Of a stretch of DNA of 64,000 nt, positions 1-11,332 are shown one piece after another. The notes below the pieces were generated by a model that made no database searches, had not been told where the DNA came from, and was given only the letters and a program-made list of their open reading frames with translations. The translations under genes were made by a program, and so were the position numbers. Source of the stretch: Spongospora subterranea f. sp. subterranea (Eukaryota); NCBI GenBank assembly GCA_049724395.1, contig JAUGWO010000106.1, positions 1 through 64,000 on the forward strand, in the 5' to 3' direction. Numbering within the stretch: position 1 is the first letter of the stretch; the number at the start of each line of letters is the position of its first letter.

Positions 1-129
1 CCAACACTGTGCAGTCACTCACAGATACATTTAAGTGTTCCTACAGTGTACACTTGCTCATGTACATTTGCGGAGAATTGATCAATATCCCGGATTGGTA
101 TCCTTCACGGCTCACGCGTTCAATTGCGC

Positions 130-1645
130 AATGGCTCCGCTCCCTTTTCATCTCAATGGCAGGAAAATGGTTTATCGCAGCAAATACTTAAATTCGTCGT
201 ATTATCGGCAGGTGCCATGCAGGTGCCATGCCCTGGGACGGCTGAGCTCCTGCCATCTGGAGCGATACGAGAATCGACCTCTATTCCTGCAATCCTGACA
301 ATGAAGTTCCAGGTCATGGTCAACGAGTCGATGCCACTCAGGAGGTCTCAACATTCGTCGCCAAAACTTCATATTTCGTTTACCTATCCAGTAGATGCGC
401 TCGCTGATCGATGCAATCGCTATTCGGGATGGTGCACAACCTGCGCGCATGGTTTGGGAAGAAGCATCACGCATCATCACGCGACGATATCTGGACGTAC
501 CGATTACGTGCATGACCCGAAGCGCATGTCTTAACAGGGTTCACTATATACGGACGGGAGGGTCATCGTCTGACCAGTTTCGAACCATTGAGACCCCTGG
601 AGATGGCTTTAACGTCAGATCGGATGAATTTTTTTTTGGGTAACATCACCCCAGTTTTCGAAGGAACGGTCAAACACAATCTTGGGTTGTGGGGACACCC
701 GGCCCTTTTTAACATGCTCAAACGCTCCCATATCGATATCTTTATCGACGCTACGTTTCGGCTGGTCCCTAAACCTTTTAAACAGCTTCTCATAATTATG
801 GTAAAAGATGCGGATAGAGACCTGTATTTACCCGTCTTTTATATTCTTATGACTGGCAAAACAAAGTTTTTATATTTACAGGCTTTGGGTCTGATGAAAT
901 TGCGTGTGGGAAATGCAATTTCTCCAGGGAGTGTCTGCTGCGATTTTGAGGCGGCTTTGATTGGCGCAGTTAAAGGTTCGAACAAGTTGAATGGTTCTTC
1001 ATTTCTATGATTGATTGTGTTTACAGACACATTCCCGGTATTGCCTTCAATTACAGGCTGTCTCTTCCATTGGAACAGGCGAACCGCCGCAGGCTTATAC
1101 AACTCCGGATGCATATTTCTCTGATCAACGTGTTAATGATCCGGGGAAACCTGGACGTGTTAACGCTAATTCCTCACGGTGAAATCATGGAGCAGGGGTT
1201 TGGCGATATTTCCTCTCTCCTCGAACCGATTCCTGCATTCAGTGATGATTCCAGTGAAGGGCAGAAGCTCGATCAGTTCTTTAGCTATTTCAGACGGATG
1301 TGGATTGAAACAATTCATCCAAAACACTGGAACATCAGTCGGCAGATTGCTTCAGGAGAGTGTATCGCTAATAGGACAAATAACCCGATTGAGTCTTACA
1401 ACAACCGCTGTAACAATTTGTTCCCTTCGGCTCATCCCAGCCTCACAGTTTTGATTGACGTTCTTCGTGGAGACGCTGAGTCGTTTGTCCGTTTGATACA
1501 CGAGATCGATCAGGGGATCAGTGTTGCACCGTCTCATGCTCCTTCTTTTGTGCCAACACAAGCGCTTATTCCTCCTGGCTATATTGAATTTATCCGACGA
1601 TTCGAATCAGAAGCAACGCAAACGGTGGAAAGGTTTGTGTTCTGA
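130..1645 (+). pseudogene. Mutator (MULE) transposase pseudogene
   Basis: MULE motifs IFIDATFRLVPKPFKQLLII, LPVFYILMTGKTKFLY, CDFEAAL, TGCLFHW (CxxH, after a GT-AG intron at ~976-1027) and RTNNPIESYN. It carries frameshifts, including an 11-bp tandem duplication gcaggtgccat at ~208-229 and one just after FHW. Confidence 0.85.
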
Positions 1646-1949
1646 TTTGTCTCAGATGCCATTTTTTTAATTTATGATTCACGCAGACCCAACTATGTTC
1701 CTGTCATGGCCCACGTTACATCCGTAATGAATGCAGAGTTGTCTACACCTGTTGTGGCAACTGTTGCGTCACGGTCTCATCTCCTCCATCATGCTGACGA
1801 CGCGACGAATGCAGAGATACCATCTCATCTCGTTGGGCTTGATGACGCGGCAGAATCAGATAGTTGCAACACCTCTGGCGCATATTCTGTTCCCGGTACT
1901 CATAATTCGCATACAGCGCAGACCATTTCAGGTATTGCAGTTAGAAAAA

Positions 1950-2652
1950 ATGAACAACTCGTTTGAGTCTTTTATAGAACAAGCACTATCTTGCAATGAT
2001 AGTGATCAGGAACTTGCAGCCCTCAGGGACATCCTGGATTCTCCAAGACATGAGGCAGAACTTGCTGGAGAACCGGAGGACGTCGCATCAGAAGCGCAGC
2101 TGACATCGATGCAGGCTTCAGACACAGTATGCGCTCCTGCGAATCTTGAATGGTTGCAACACTTTCGTTGTTATGGCTGCTTGTTTTACTGATTTTCTTG
2201 CAGTGATCGCATTAAGCTTGGACCTGGGGCTAAGATATTTTTTTGGTACCCTGGCAGGGTGCCAGGTCCCGGAAACGGCGTTTATGCGACAGTTTTAACA
2301 GTAATGTCATGTAGTTTTGATCTGTACTAGTTGTAACTTATGAGCAGGTGTTTCCCAAAGAGCGTTACCTGGAGACAGGAATACCTTTTGAACTGGATTG
2401 GTTCCATAGTTTATCTATGGATACCTGTGTATGAACAAATCTATTTCCAATGTCCAAAGCTGATTACTTTCCCAGATACAAGTTTTGTCCCCAATAGAGG
2501 TTAGGATGACACCGATTGAAACCTTCGATCTTCAGTCAGGTACTACGGGAGGAAGAACGATAGCGCAGGAGTACAGCCTGGAAATTCAACGTGAAATTTC
2601 TGAAATCACGAGATTGCATCCTGGATACCAAGATTGTTTCCAAGAATTTTGA
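1950..2652 (+). CDS. Spliced passenger gene of the MULE, unknown protein (start uncertain, possibly 1706)
   Basis: Exons joined across short introns read ...DRIKLGPGAKIFFWYPGRVPGPGNGVYATVLT|VFPKERYLETGIPFELDWFHSLSMDTC|IQVLSPIEVRMTPIETFDLQSGTTGGRTIAQEYSLEIQREISEI...QEF*, followed by aataaa. Confidence 0.5.
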
Positions 2653-2673
2653 ATAAAAATTTCCATGATCGTT

Positions 2674-2965
2674 TTAATATTTGCGAAAAAAATATTGTAC
2701 ACACGACGATACTATTGGATAAAAGGGGTGATTTTGGCTCTTGATTTCAGCAAGATTCCGCTGAATTTTCAGACTATATTCGTCAGCAATCGTGCTTCCT
2801 TTAATTGTACCTGACTGAAGATCGTTAGGTGTCGTCGAAACCTTCACTGGGAAAACAACTTGTATCTGGGAAAATTCCTGGTCAAACGGGGACTTCCTAT
2901 TATTATGATAACAAAGCACTACATACAGTATACGGACTCTTAACATTACTGTAGATAAATATACA
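2674..2965 (-). pseudogene. Inverted, truncated paralog of the MULE passenger gene
   Basis: The minus strand reads IQVVFPVKVSTTPNDLQSGTIKGSTIADEYSLKIQRNLAEI, homologous to the plus-strand last exon, with the same tttcccag|atacaagtt splice acceptor. Confidence 0.65.
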
Positions 2966-3000
2966 CTTAACTGTATTTACAAGTGACTGCGCAGAGTGTT

Positions 3001-3122
3001 GGATCAATTTTGGATCATTGGATCAATTTGGATCCAAATTGAATCCGCCCCGGCGGACAGAATCCTTTCCATCCTCCAGTCTCGTCACATAGGGTACTGG
3101 CGGACAGAATCCAGTTTTCCCG
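3001..3122. mobile_element. Probable right terminal repeat of the MULE
   Basis: Short tandem ggatca(a)tt repeats, two copies of ggcggacagaatcc, and a terminus ...ccagttttcccg. The partner terminus would lie left of the window. Confidence 0.45.
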
Positions 3123-3375
3123 AATATACTCTCGGTGTATTAGATCCGATATCTGGTCCGTAAAGTCCGTCAGGAACTCCGTTGCCAGCTATATCCAATA
3201 CAATAGGGTAGCCTGTCGTAGGCTATAACATAGGGTCAATACGTTGACACATATGTTACAGTTACCAACTGAAACAAAAGGTACTATAATGGCTGAAGGC
3301 CATCATTCTCGGGTCCTTATATACCTAACACTTTCGGATCACGACAAGTAAGTTAGGTTTTAGGTAAAATAACAG

Positions 3376-3622
3376 ATGAACTGATGAATCTGATGATTGA
3401 CGAACTGATGAATCTGATGATTGATGAACTGATGAATCTGACGATTGATGAACTGATGAGCTCAATGAATCTGATGATTGATGACATGAGGACTGTTTTC
3501 CCATTGATGATCGATGACACAGATGACATGATGATCGATGAATCGATGAAATTGACCCTAGATGATCATATCTGATTTGATGAACGTTGATGAAAGATGA
3601 TTGGGTGAACATACAGATGAAC
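3376..3622 (+). repeat. 24-bp minisatellite (gatgaactgatgaatctgatgatt) degenerating into gatga-rich sequence
   Basis: About 3.5 near-perfect units at 3376-3460, followed by degenerate copies. Confidence 0.85.
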
Positions 3623-3664
3623 AATATGGTCCCAGAACCATCTCTTCATTATACCCGTGATTTT

Positions 3665-3778
3665 GAGGAGGGGAGTGTATCAATTGAGCCACTCATTGAT
3701 GATATTAAGAACATATTTAATTAGCTAATATTCCAAGATCCAAGAACTAAGGAGCTGCGCTATCATACCACGCTATCA
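3665..3778 (+). mobile_element. Possible polypurine tract (PPT) plus short LTR (TG...CA) of another LTR element
   Basis: gaggaggggag is immediately followed by tgtatc...ctatca (3676-3778), and the Copia integrase homology starts right after it. No second LTR copy was seen. Confidence 0.35.
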
Positions 3779-5116
3779 AAGCGCAAGCAACGAATGTCAA
3801 GGTTTTTTGAAGAGAAAGGGAATCTTGTGGCAACGTACCGCACCAAATCCTCAACAAAATGACAAGGCAGAGAGGATGAACAGAACGATCGTTGAGATGC
3901 CGCGATGCCTGTTGTTTGACTCTGGACTACCGACTTCGTATTGGGGAATACGCGGTCCGGTTGGCGGCCTACATCAGAAATAGGACAATAACAAACGTCA
4001 ATGTGAACGAGAAGTCACCGTATGAACTCATTCACAAGAGGCTACCAAGTCTTGCAAGTTTGCCACTGTTCGGATCTCTGTGGAAGGTTCATGTTCCAGA
4101 TTCACATCGAAGCAAGTTCGACAGCAAGTCAAGAGAATGCAAATTCCTTGGATTTTCGGATGGTACTAAGGCGTATGTGTTTGAAGATTTGAAGACGTCG
4201 AGAAGGTTTATATCAAGGAACGTCAAATTGAGGGAGACTCGCACAACACCAGATGAGACGCTAGCGGATGACGAGGAATTCCTGCCCGCAAGTGCAGTCA
4301 AAGGTCAACTATTCGAGAACACGAATTCGAGCGTGAAGGTGCAAGACAGCAGCGGCGAAGCCGTCCTCATCGAGAAGAAGAAGCCGGAGCTAAGCACAAG
4401 CAAACGAATTAAGTGGAAGCCGGCTCTGTACATGGGACCGGCTGTGCCTTGACGAATGAAAAGGAGCCAGCAACAACAACTATGGCGTTGAAAGATCAAA
4501 GACGGAAGAGAGCGATAGAAATGGAGTACGATTCAAGCAAGAATAAGACTTGGGACCGCGACCAAAGGGAAGAAATGTGGTCAGCGGCAAATGGGTGTTT
4601 AAGGCGAAAACCGATGCTGCAGGAAACGTGATCAGATGCAAGGCACGCTACGTGGCCCGAGGATTTAGCCAACAGCCAGGAACCGACTTTGGCGAGACCA
4701 CTTCACTGCTTGTGAGTCTAACCACCCTTAGATTACTCATGGGGGTTTTCAGCAAGGCTGGATCTGGAGGTAAAACAGATGGATGTCGACACTGTTTTTC
4801 TTTACGGAGAATTGAAAGAAGAGATCTACCTGGAGCAACCGGAAGGGTTCGCTGTGCAGAACGAGAATGGCGAGATGGTATGCAAGTTGAAGCAGGCCAT
4901 ATATGGCCTGAAGCAGGCGGGTCGCGTTTGGTGGGACCAGATAAACGAGTACTTGAAAAGCGACGGCTTCATCGCAACGAAAGCGGATCATTCCTGTATT
5001 GCCGACGCTCTGAAGACAATGTCACATTCATCGCCATATATGTCGACGACTTGGTGGTGGCATCATCAAGCACAACCATCATCAAGAAAACAGAGAATTT
5101 CCTTAGAAGAAGATAT
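3779..5116 (+). mobile_element. Ty1/Copia retrotransposon relic (integrase C-terminus to RT), frameshifted
   Basis: PQQNDKAERMNRTI, KSPYELIH...RSKFDSKSRECKFLGFS, SGKWVFKAK...KARYVARGFSQQPGTDF, QMDVDTVFLYGELKEEIYLEQPEGF, YGLKQAGR and YVDDL. Cut at 5116 by the Gypsy insertion. Confidence 0.92.
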
Positions 5117-5266
5117 TGTGCCGGTTCCGCAGCCTGAATTGTGTTGGCGTCTCAGGAATTACGAGCCTGGACTCGGGTCGCCAACACACCCACGATTGTG
5201 GACAAACAAGGTCTGTATTAGAACTAAAAGAAAACTCCGGACAAAAGACGGGTCTGATCCGTCTCA
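5117..5266 (-). repeat. 3' LTR of the Gypsy element
   Basis: Direct repeat of 8476-8625, adjacent to the PPT. Confidence 0.95.
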
Positions 5267-6650
5267 TTCCCCTCCTTTCATCCGAAGAAACTCCAAAATG
5301 TCTTGAAATTTTCGGTTGTCTTTCTGGAGAGGAGTTTTAACATGAGTCGGACATTCAACCAACAAATGCTCGAGTGGTTCCCAGGTATCAAATTCCTGGG
5401 TGAAACCAAACCACCTAATCAATAAAACCCATTATCCGTCTTTCTCCTTACGAACATCCATGATCTCTTGAACTTCGAAGCCTGTGTTATCATGAGCTAT
5501 TTGAGTTAATAGGTCGGTAGTTACGTTCAAAGACGAATCTGCATAAAACTTGAGGCGTTGACAATGCACTTCAGAGACTTGTCTGGTAACTAGATCTTCC
5601 ACTTGAAAAACAAAATCGGACACTGCTCCTTTGATACGTGCAGGTCCATGCCATTTGAAGTTTAGCTTGCCACCCAGCTGACGTTGTGGCATAGCGTAAA
5701 GTACAAAATCGCCTACAGCAAAATTGGCCTTTGGGGCGCGCTGAAGTCGGTTATGTCGCCGTCGTGTTTCTTCTCGAACACGGGAGACCTCACGATGCAT
5801 ATCGGCAAAACTATTTCTTAGCTTAACAACATGAGCATCTAAATCCTTTGTTGGTAGCACGACGTGTATAACTTTCGACCTGTTGGGGGACCAGATCGCA
5901 TCTAACGGAGACGATGGCTCTCTGCCCGAAAACAAGGTTATTGGAGCAAAACCAAATGAGGGTGAGATCGAGTTATTCAGGGAAAAACGAACTAGCGGGA
6001 GGAGTGTAGGCCACTCATTGCGATGTAGTCGCATTTCCGAACATAAGCTCCTCAACACTGACAAAACGTGAGAGTTTGCCGTCTCAACGCCACCATGAGA
6101 CCACGGCGTGTACGCTAAATGAAAATGATGGTTAGCATGCAATGCCAAACATAGTTCTTCGATCACACAATTCAAGAAATGAGAGCCTCGATCGGAAACC
6201 CAAATTTCGACAATTCCGAACCTGGTAAACCAGTCCAACAGAGAGGAAGCTGTGTGCGCTGCAGTGGGCTCAATTGCGGGAAAAAGATCGATGTAACCGG
6301 AGAATCGATCCCTTACTACGAGAATCTGTTTGAACATCAAACAGGACGGTCCGATGAACAAATAGTCGAAATCAATAATGCTGTTCGGACGGGTTGCTTC
6401 TGCAGATGCGCCGAATGCTCGTGGAATACGCTCCCCTTGTTTTCCGGGAAGACAGTGCAGACATTTATCCACAAACTCAAACGTATCCTTTCGAATGGTT
6501 CTCCAAAAAAACCGGTTAACTAGTGCTTGATAAGTTGAACGCCGTCCACGATGTCCTGACGAGCCACAATGAGCTATGATCATTAAACGAAGTTGCAATT
6601 GAGCGTCATCCAGAGGGATGTACACGATGTCTGTCTCAGAAACATATATG
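5264..6650 (-). pseudogene. Gypsy integrase plus chromodomain (premature TAA inside the chromodomain)
   Basis: HHCC (AHCGSSGHRG...CLHC), DDE core (DFDY, WVSDRGSHF, GGVETAN) and WHGPARI. It then reads FEVQEIMDVRKEKDG*WVLLIRWFGFTQEFDTWEPLEHL, with a natural TGA overlapping the LTR start. Confidence 0.9.
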
Positions 6651-6812
6651 CCAGAAAGACAACCGAAAATTTCAAGACATTTGGAGTTTCTCCGGATGAA
6701 AGGAGGGGAATGAGACGGATCAGACCCGTCTGTTGTCCGGAGTCTTCTTTTAGTTCTAATACAGACCTTGTTTGTCCACAATCGTGGGTGTGTTGGCGAC
6801 CCGAGTCCAGGC
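6651..6812 (+). repeat. Inverted copy of the element's own pol end, PPT and 102 bp of LTR
   Basis: Reverse complement of 5165-5327 with only a few differences. Confidence 0.92.
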
Positions 6813-8411
6813 ACGTTGGCCTAAATCACACAACTGTTTTTCCACATCTATGCCAAGGCATAATAGCAGCGGTCGACCTAATAGCACATCGGGAATATCA
6901 GCGTCGAGCACGTGCACCCAATGTCGTCTGACGGTGACGCTTCCAGTAACTGTGACAATTGTTATGTCCACCAATACAAGAAAATGCGAATCAATTGGAA
7001 AACCGTCGCCTAATGAAAATGTTCGCGAGCCTGATCGAATTTCTGGATTTGCAGTTTGGAGAACCTGCCACGTGTTGTTCCCTATGACAGTAAAATCAGC
7101 ACCGTCATCGATTGCGGTTGGAAAGGTGAACTTGGTATCTCCGACAGATAATTCAACTGATCTTATTAGCTTCGGCACTGGAGTGGAATGCAAAACAATG
7201 GGAGTCTCGTTTGGGGATTCGGGAACGCAATGAACCTTTGGAGGTCGCCATTCAGTGGGAATTTCAAGGTTAGTCTGGTGGGCAGCATTAATCCTATTGA
7301 TACGACCTGAATTATCATCGATTGCATTTACATGCTCATAAAGGTAATCCTCCTCATTTTCGAACCTGACACGATTAACCTTAGACCCCGATGTCTGCTC
7401 GTGAGGCTTGTTGATTGCACTTTTCGAAAATGGCCGGCCAGAACGCGTCTGCGAAGGCTCAACAATAGTTTTGGGTGATGCAAGCTCACGATCTCTTCGC
7501 TGCTGATGAATGAAAGTCGGCCTCTGAGAATTAAAATTCACATCGGGTTTCTTATCGTTATCCTTGAGGCTGGCTTCGCGTAAGAGCTTTTGAGCTTGTT
7601 CTGAAACCAACTTACGACATCTTCTTACATTGTGAGGATCTCCGCAATGTAAACACGACGCAGCAACAGTGTTATATTTCTGCTCCTGTGTAGCACCCCC
7701 ATGTGAATAAGTCGGAAATGAGTCTCGTTTACAGACATCCTGGCGGAAATTGTTGTTCCCTTGCAGATGATTCTGGCGATCTGGTTGTGGCAAACCATTG
7801 AATCTGATAAACATCTCGATTGAAGATTTCAAGATTTGGTAGAATTTGGTCACATCACTTCTTGCTGAAATCGCAGTTGTTAAGAGCTGACGCTCGAGAT
7901 CTTGCCGCAGAATGGAAGGATATAAAATTCTTACCATTGCCTTGATCTGTAACTCGATAAGAGATGACTCTTGTTGGAATAGTTTCGTCATCCCAGATTC
8001 ACTGATGATTCTGCGAGACTGCATAATCAAGTCCGATGCACATCGTCCATGATCAGTGTGTGGATTGAACCGAAGGGTGTTGAACATGGTTCGAACGTCG
8101 ACATTAGCAACGGAATCTTGCTTGACACGATCATCCATGAACTTGTACAAGTCTTCGTCGTCGATTGTCAGAATATCCGACTCTGGGCGATTTAACTCAA
8201 GTACCACTATGAAATATAAAACATCATGGTCGATAACATGTCGTAACTTCTGAGCAATGACAGCTCTGGACGTTAACGGATCTCTTATAGAGTTTAGCTT
8301 CTCAATGGCGTCCTTGTAAGTGTCCCATTGATGTAAAAAATGGTTAAAACTTGGTAAGTCAACGTCCTTGAGGGACGGGGCAGATATGATGTTGAACTCG
8401 ACGGGATTCAT
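6756..8411 (-). CDS. Gypsy Gag plus aspartic protease (truncated polyprotein)
   Basis: Zn knuckle CLHCGDPHNVRRC, protease-like AIDDGADFTVIG and DVLLGRPLL. The last ~18 codons come from the inverted LTR fragment. Confidence 0.88.
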   Translation of the reverse strand: MNPVEFNIISAPSLKDVDLPSFNHFLHQWDTYKDAIEKLNSIRDPLTSRAVIAQKLRHVIDHDVLYFIVVLELNRPESDILTIDDEDLYKFMDDRVKQDSVANVDVRTMFNTLRFNPHTDHGRCASDLIMQSRRIISESGMTKLFQQESSLIELQIKAMVRILYPSILRQDLERQLLTTAISARSDVTKFYQILKSSIEMFIRFNGLPQPDRQNHLQGNNNFRQDVCKRDSFPTYSHGGATQEQKYNTVAASCLHCGDPHNVRRCRKLVSEQAQKLLREASLKDNDKKPDVNFNSQRPTFIHQQRRDRELASPKTIVEPSQTRSGRPFSKSAINKPHEQTSGSKVNRVRFENEEDYLYEHVNAIDDNSGRINRINAAHQTNLEIPTEWRPPKVHCVPESPNETPIVLHSTPVPKLIRSVELSVGDTKFTFPTAIDDGADFTVIGNNTWQVLQTANPEIRSGSRTFSLGDGFPIDSHFLVLVDITIVTVTGSVTVRRHWVHVLDADIPDVLLGRPLLLCLGIDVEKQLCDLGQRAWTRVANTPTIVDKQGLY

Positions 8412-8475
8412 GGTACCGTCGGTTGGCTAATTTTCTTTTTTGACAGAATACCACGGAAGGTTGGTAATAGCGCTA

Positions 8476-8625
8476 TGTGCCGATTCCGCAGCCTGAACTG
8501 TGTTGGCGTCTCAGGAATTACGAGCCTGGACTCGGGTCGCCAACACACCCACGATTGTGGACAAACAAGGTCTGTATTAGAACTAAAAGAAAACTCCTGA
8601 CAAAAGACGGGTCTGATCCGTCTCA
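8476..8625 (-). repeat. 5' LTR of the Gypsy element
   Basis: Direct repeat of 5117-5266, upstream of the gag ATG at 8411. Confidence 0.95.
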
Positions 8626-9599
8626 GATATTCAATGCAATCATCTGCTGAATAAACTCACTTCCCAAATTGACTAACTCTTTAGTCTCGCTTAGTTCAGA
8701 AGACCGCGTTGATGGCCGACCACGACCTTAAGCAAACGGAACTGCTACCCTCTTCTCATGATCAACAATTTCAAAGTTCGTTTAGTAAGGAATGGGTTAC
8801 AATGAAATGTTCGCGCCTATTGATCATCATGCTCAAGCTGATGGTTCGACAAGATCATGTTATCATTGCCCCTTGTGTAGTGGGAAATTTTGATGTCGAA
8901 CTAGTGTGAATAACAGACCGATGGATTCATGGAAACTGATGATGAACACTAATGTACCGACACTAAACCAAGGGACTGACCTGTTGTGCCAAGATCCCGT
9001 TGATTCACAGAACAGCAATCCCCGTCAGCTGCTCTAATCACTTTCCTATGGCAAACGATCGCTCACCGCCGCCCAACACAATCGCCGCCAATCTGATCTC
9101 ATAATGACAAGTGATACGAGTATAAATAATGGCGAATCATTCTGCGAATGAGGAACCTGCGAATTTTGAACATTTAGTTGACCATTGTTCAGAAGGGCGG
9201 CCGTCTCTCGGATCGGAATTCCCTTTGGTGATCTACAAGCGGCTCTTGAAGGACGACTACGTGATTGCGTTGCCCTTGACCCATCGTCGTCTGAGCGCAC
9301 AGACGACCTAGGTAAGCAATTCAAGCATGATGGCTCACGATGTGAACATCACGATTGAAAAAACTGAAATTAGGTGTGCTGGAATATTCAGAATATTTTT
9401 GGGCTCAACGATGAAGAGAAGTTTAATGAAAACGGCTGTTCTGAAAAGTTCTCAGGTAAATTTCAGTTGTTTTGTCACCTGGCGATCAGAAAATTGATTT
9501 AGGCCGGGAGCGCGTCGAGTTTCGTCTGTTGATTGATGGTCGTTATCGTCCACAGGTCGCGTCGTGCGTCCTCGTTCGTGGGTTGTTGATAATCGTGGG

Positions 9600-10260
9600 T
9601 TGCCACCGTGACACAACAGCCCTGGGCCGCCGACGCATGTGATTTAGAAACCGAGCCAGGGTTGAACTAGGGCCTCAACAATTGGTGCAACCAGACCCAA
9701 AAATACATCTGCATGACGCCACACACAATTCTTTGTCGACTCCAAAAGCCTTCCGTCAATGAAGTAGACGTTTGTCACGATCGGGAGCGTCGACTCACTT
9801 TTTTGTTTTCTCGACTCTAAAATGCGTGTCGATATCGTGCTGGCGCCAACAAGAGAAAGTAGCATTCATTGACATGAATCCGTACAGCATTTCTCGATCA
9901 GGGACGCTATGCATGTCTGGCAACAGCGAACTCGGGGAATGACGACCCCCTGCGAACATTGATCAGGCCGACCTTTAACCTGGCAACCTGCAGCATTCAT
10001 CACCAGTTCCTCAGCGTGTCGCTCGATCATCATGACCACCCCTAACTGGTGTGTTCCACTCACATTCCCGGTACTTGCGTTCCTGTTCCGGCACCCGATC
10101 GTCTTCTTCCTATATCGGCAGCCTTCGCCAGATCCTTGCCAGCAGCGGACATGACCAATAACGACCTGTTGCTGACTCAGTTCTTCCTACCCCAATAATC
10201 GGTTGTATTTGCTCCAGTTGTGACACTCTTGTTCAATTCTAGACCGATGTCCTATCACAT
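9600..10260 (-). mobile_element. Highly degenerate Copia-like relic
   Basis: Weak echoes only: IERHAEELV...CQVKGRPD (KARLVAxG-Q-G-D), SRKQKSEST...KNCVW (RNase H) and a GH...EC knuckle-like stretch. Confidence 0.25.
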
Positions 10261-10910
10261 GCCCTCGACAGATCAACTGCTGTTATGTCACGGTGGAAGT
10301 GAACCTTGTTGACCTTGTTTGGGCAGTTTCCGTCTAAGGAAAGGAGTCGGGTACCTGATTCAATGGTTTATACCAACATTCTTGTTGTTTAGCCTTTAAA
10401 CGCAGATAATCTATAAGTGGTGCTCTACAAGACGTCCTGCTCATTTTTCATGACCAAGTTTTATTACAGCATGTCCAACAGGATTGGTCGGATTGCCTGC
10501 GCTACTCGGGCCGCTTGTTCATTGATCTTTTTTTTCACTTTACTATTTGACAATCACAATGTAACTCGAATAGAAGAATGTTTATTGAGCGTTATATTTG
10601 AATGAAGATGATCGAACACCATTCTACTGAGTCGTTATTCTTTCAAAATCAGTGAAGTTTATGACTAACTTTGTTGAAAAAAAAATCTTTCGAAATCAGT
10701 GAAGTTTATGATTAACTTTCTTAAAAATTTGCTCAATGATGGATGACTTAGTAAAGCACCATTCCAGCTGGTGTAAAATCAAGGTGATAAAGGAAACTGA
10801 CGATCGCTAAAGTAAACCATGACACTCACACCTTTTTGTTAAGAGGTTCAGTGGTGGGTTCATGGTTTTGGATAGGTGAACAAGGAGACACTGTTTAAGG
10901 ACCACCCAGG

Positions 10911-11185
10911 TAGGGTTGTCAACGGTGTCAAACCGGCCAAACCGGTTTGACAGAAAATGCCCAACCCGGTGTGATCTGGTTTGGAACCGGTTTCAACCAG
11001 TTTCCAATCGGTTTAAAGGTCCCACTCGAAGTAAAGAGAGACCTCAAATATGTGAATTAGTAATTTGCGAACATTCTTGCGCAGGATTTATTCAATCTGG
11101 AAACAATTCTGCGTCTTTTGGTCAAACCGGTTTGAGTCAAACAATCAGTTTGCACCCGGTTGTGATGAACCCGTTGCCATTCCTA
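10911..11185. mobile_element. hAT-like MITE (275 bp)
   Basis: TIRs tagggttgtcaacgg / ccgttgccattccta (12/15 match), imperfect 8-bp TSD cacccagg / cacgcggg, and multiple subterminal aaccgg/ccggtt motifs. Confidence 0.7.
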
Positions 11186-11332
11186 CACGCGGGTGGATGC
11201 GGAGTCCCCTGGCGTCTTGCGGAGTCCGTAGCGGCATCCAGAGACAGGATTGTTACAGGTGGTAGGGCCACATTCATACAGACAGTGTTACAGGTGGTAG
11301 GGCGGTCTGTAGCCTGTATGGTGTGTCGGTCG

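Larger units (their letters stand above)
5117..8625 (-). mobile_element. Ty3/Gypsy chromovirus-type LTR retrotransposon, non-autonomous (RT/RNase H missing)
   Basis: 150-bp TG...CA LTRs at 5117-5266 and 8476-8625 with 3 mismatches, a 5-bp TSD GATAT (5112-5116 and 8626-8630), and a minus-strand PPT gaaaggaggggaa adjacent to the 5117-5266 LTR. Confidence 0.95.

Noticed and set aside
3325..3624. ORFs with MNLMIDEL / HQSSDSSV repeats
   Set aside because: These are by-products of the 24-bp minisatellite.
5432..5434. Programmed stop read-through into the chromodomain
   Set aside because: A single TAA in a defective element is more simply a point mutation. Other copies would be needed to argue otherwise.
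6651..6814. N-terminus of the 460-aa ORF as a real integrase extension
   Set aside because: It is read-through of the inverted LTR/PPT fragment.
10646..10720. 27-bp direct repeat aaatcagtgaagtttatga(c/t)taacttt
   Set aside because: A simple local duplication in AT-rich spacer with no further structure.
10916..11332. N-terminal 139 codons of the 549-aa ORF
   Set aside because: It has a non-ATG start inside the MITE, and its NRF-like repeats are MITE subterminal motifs.
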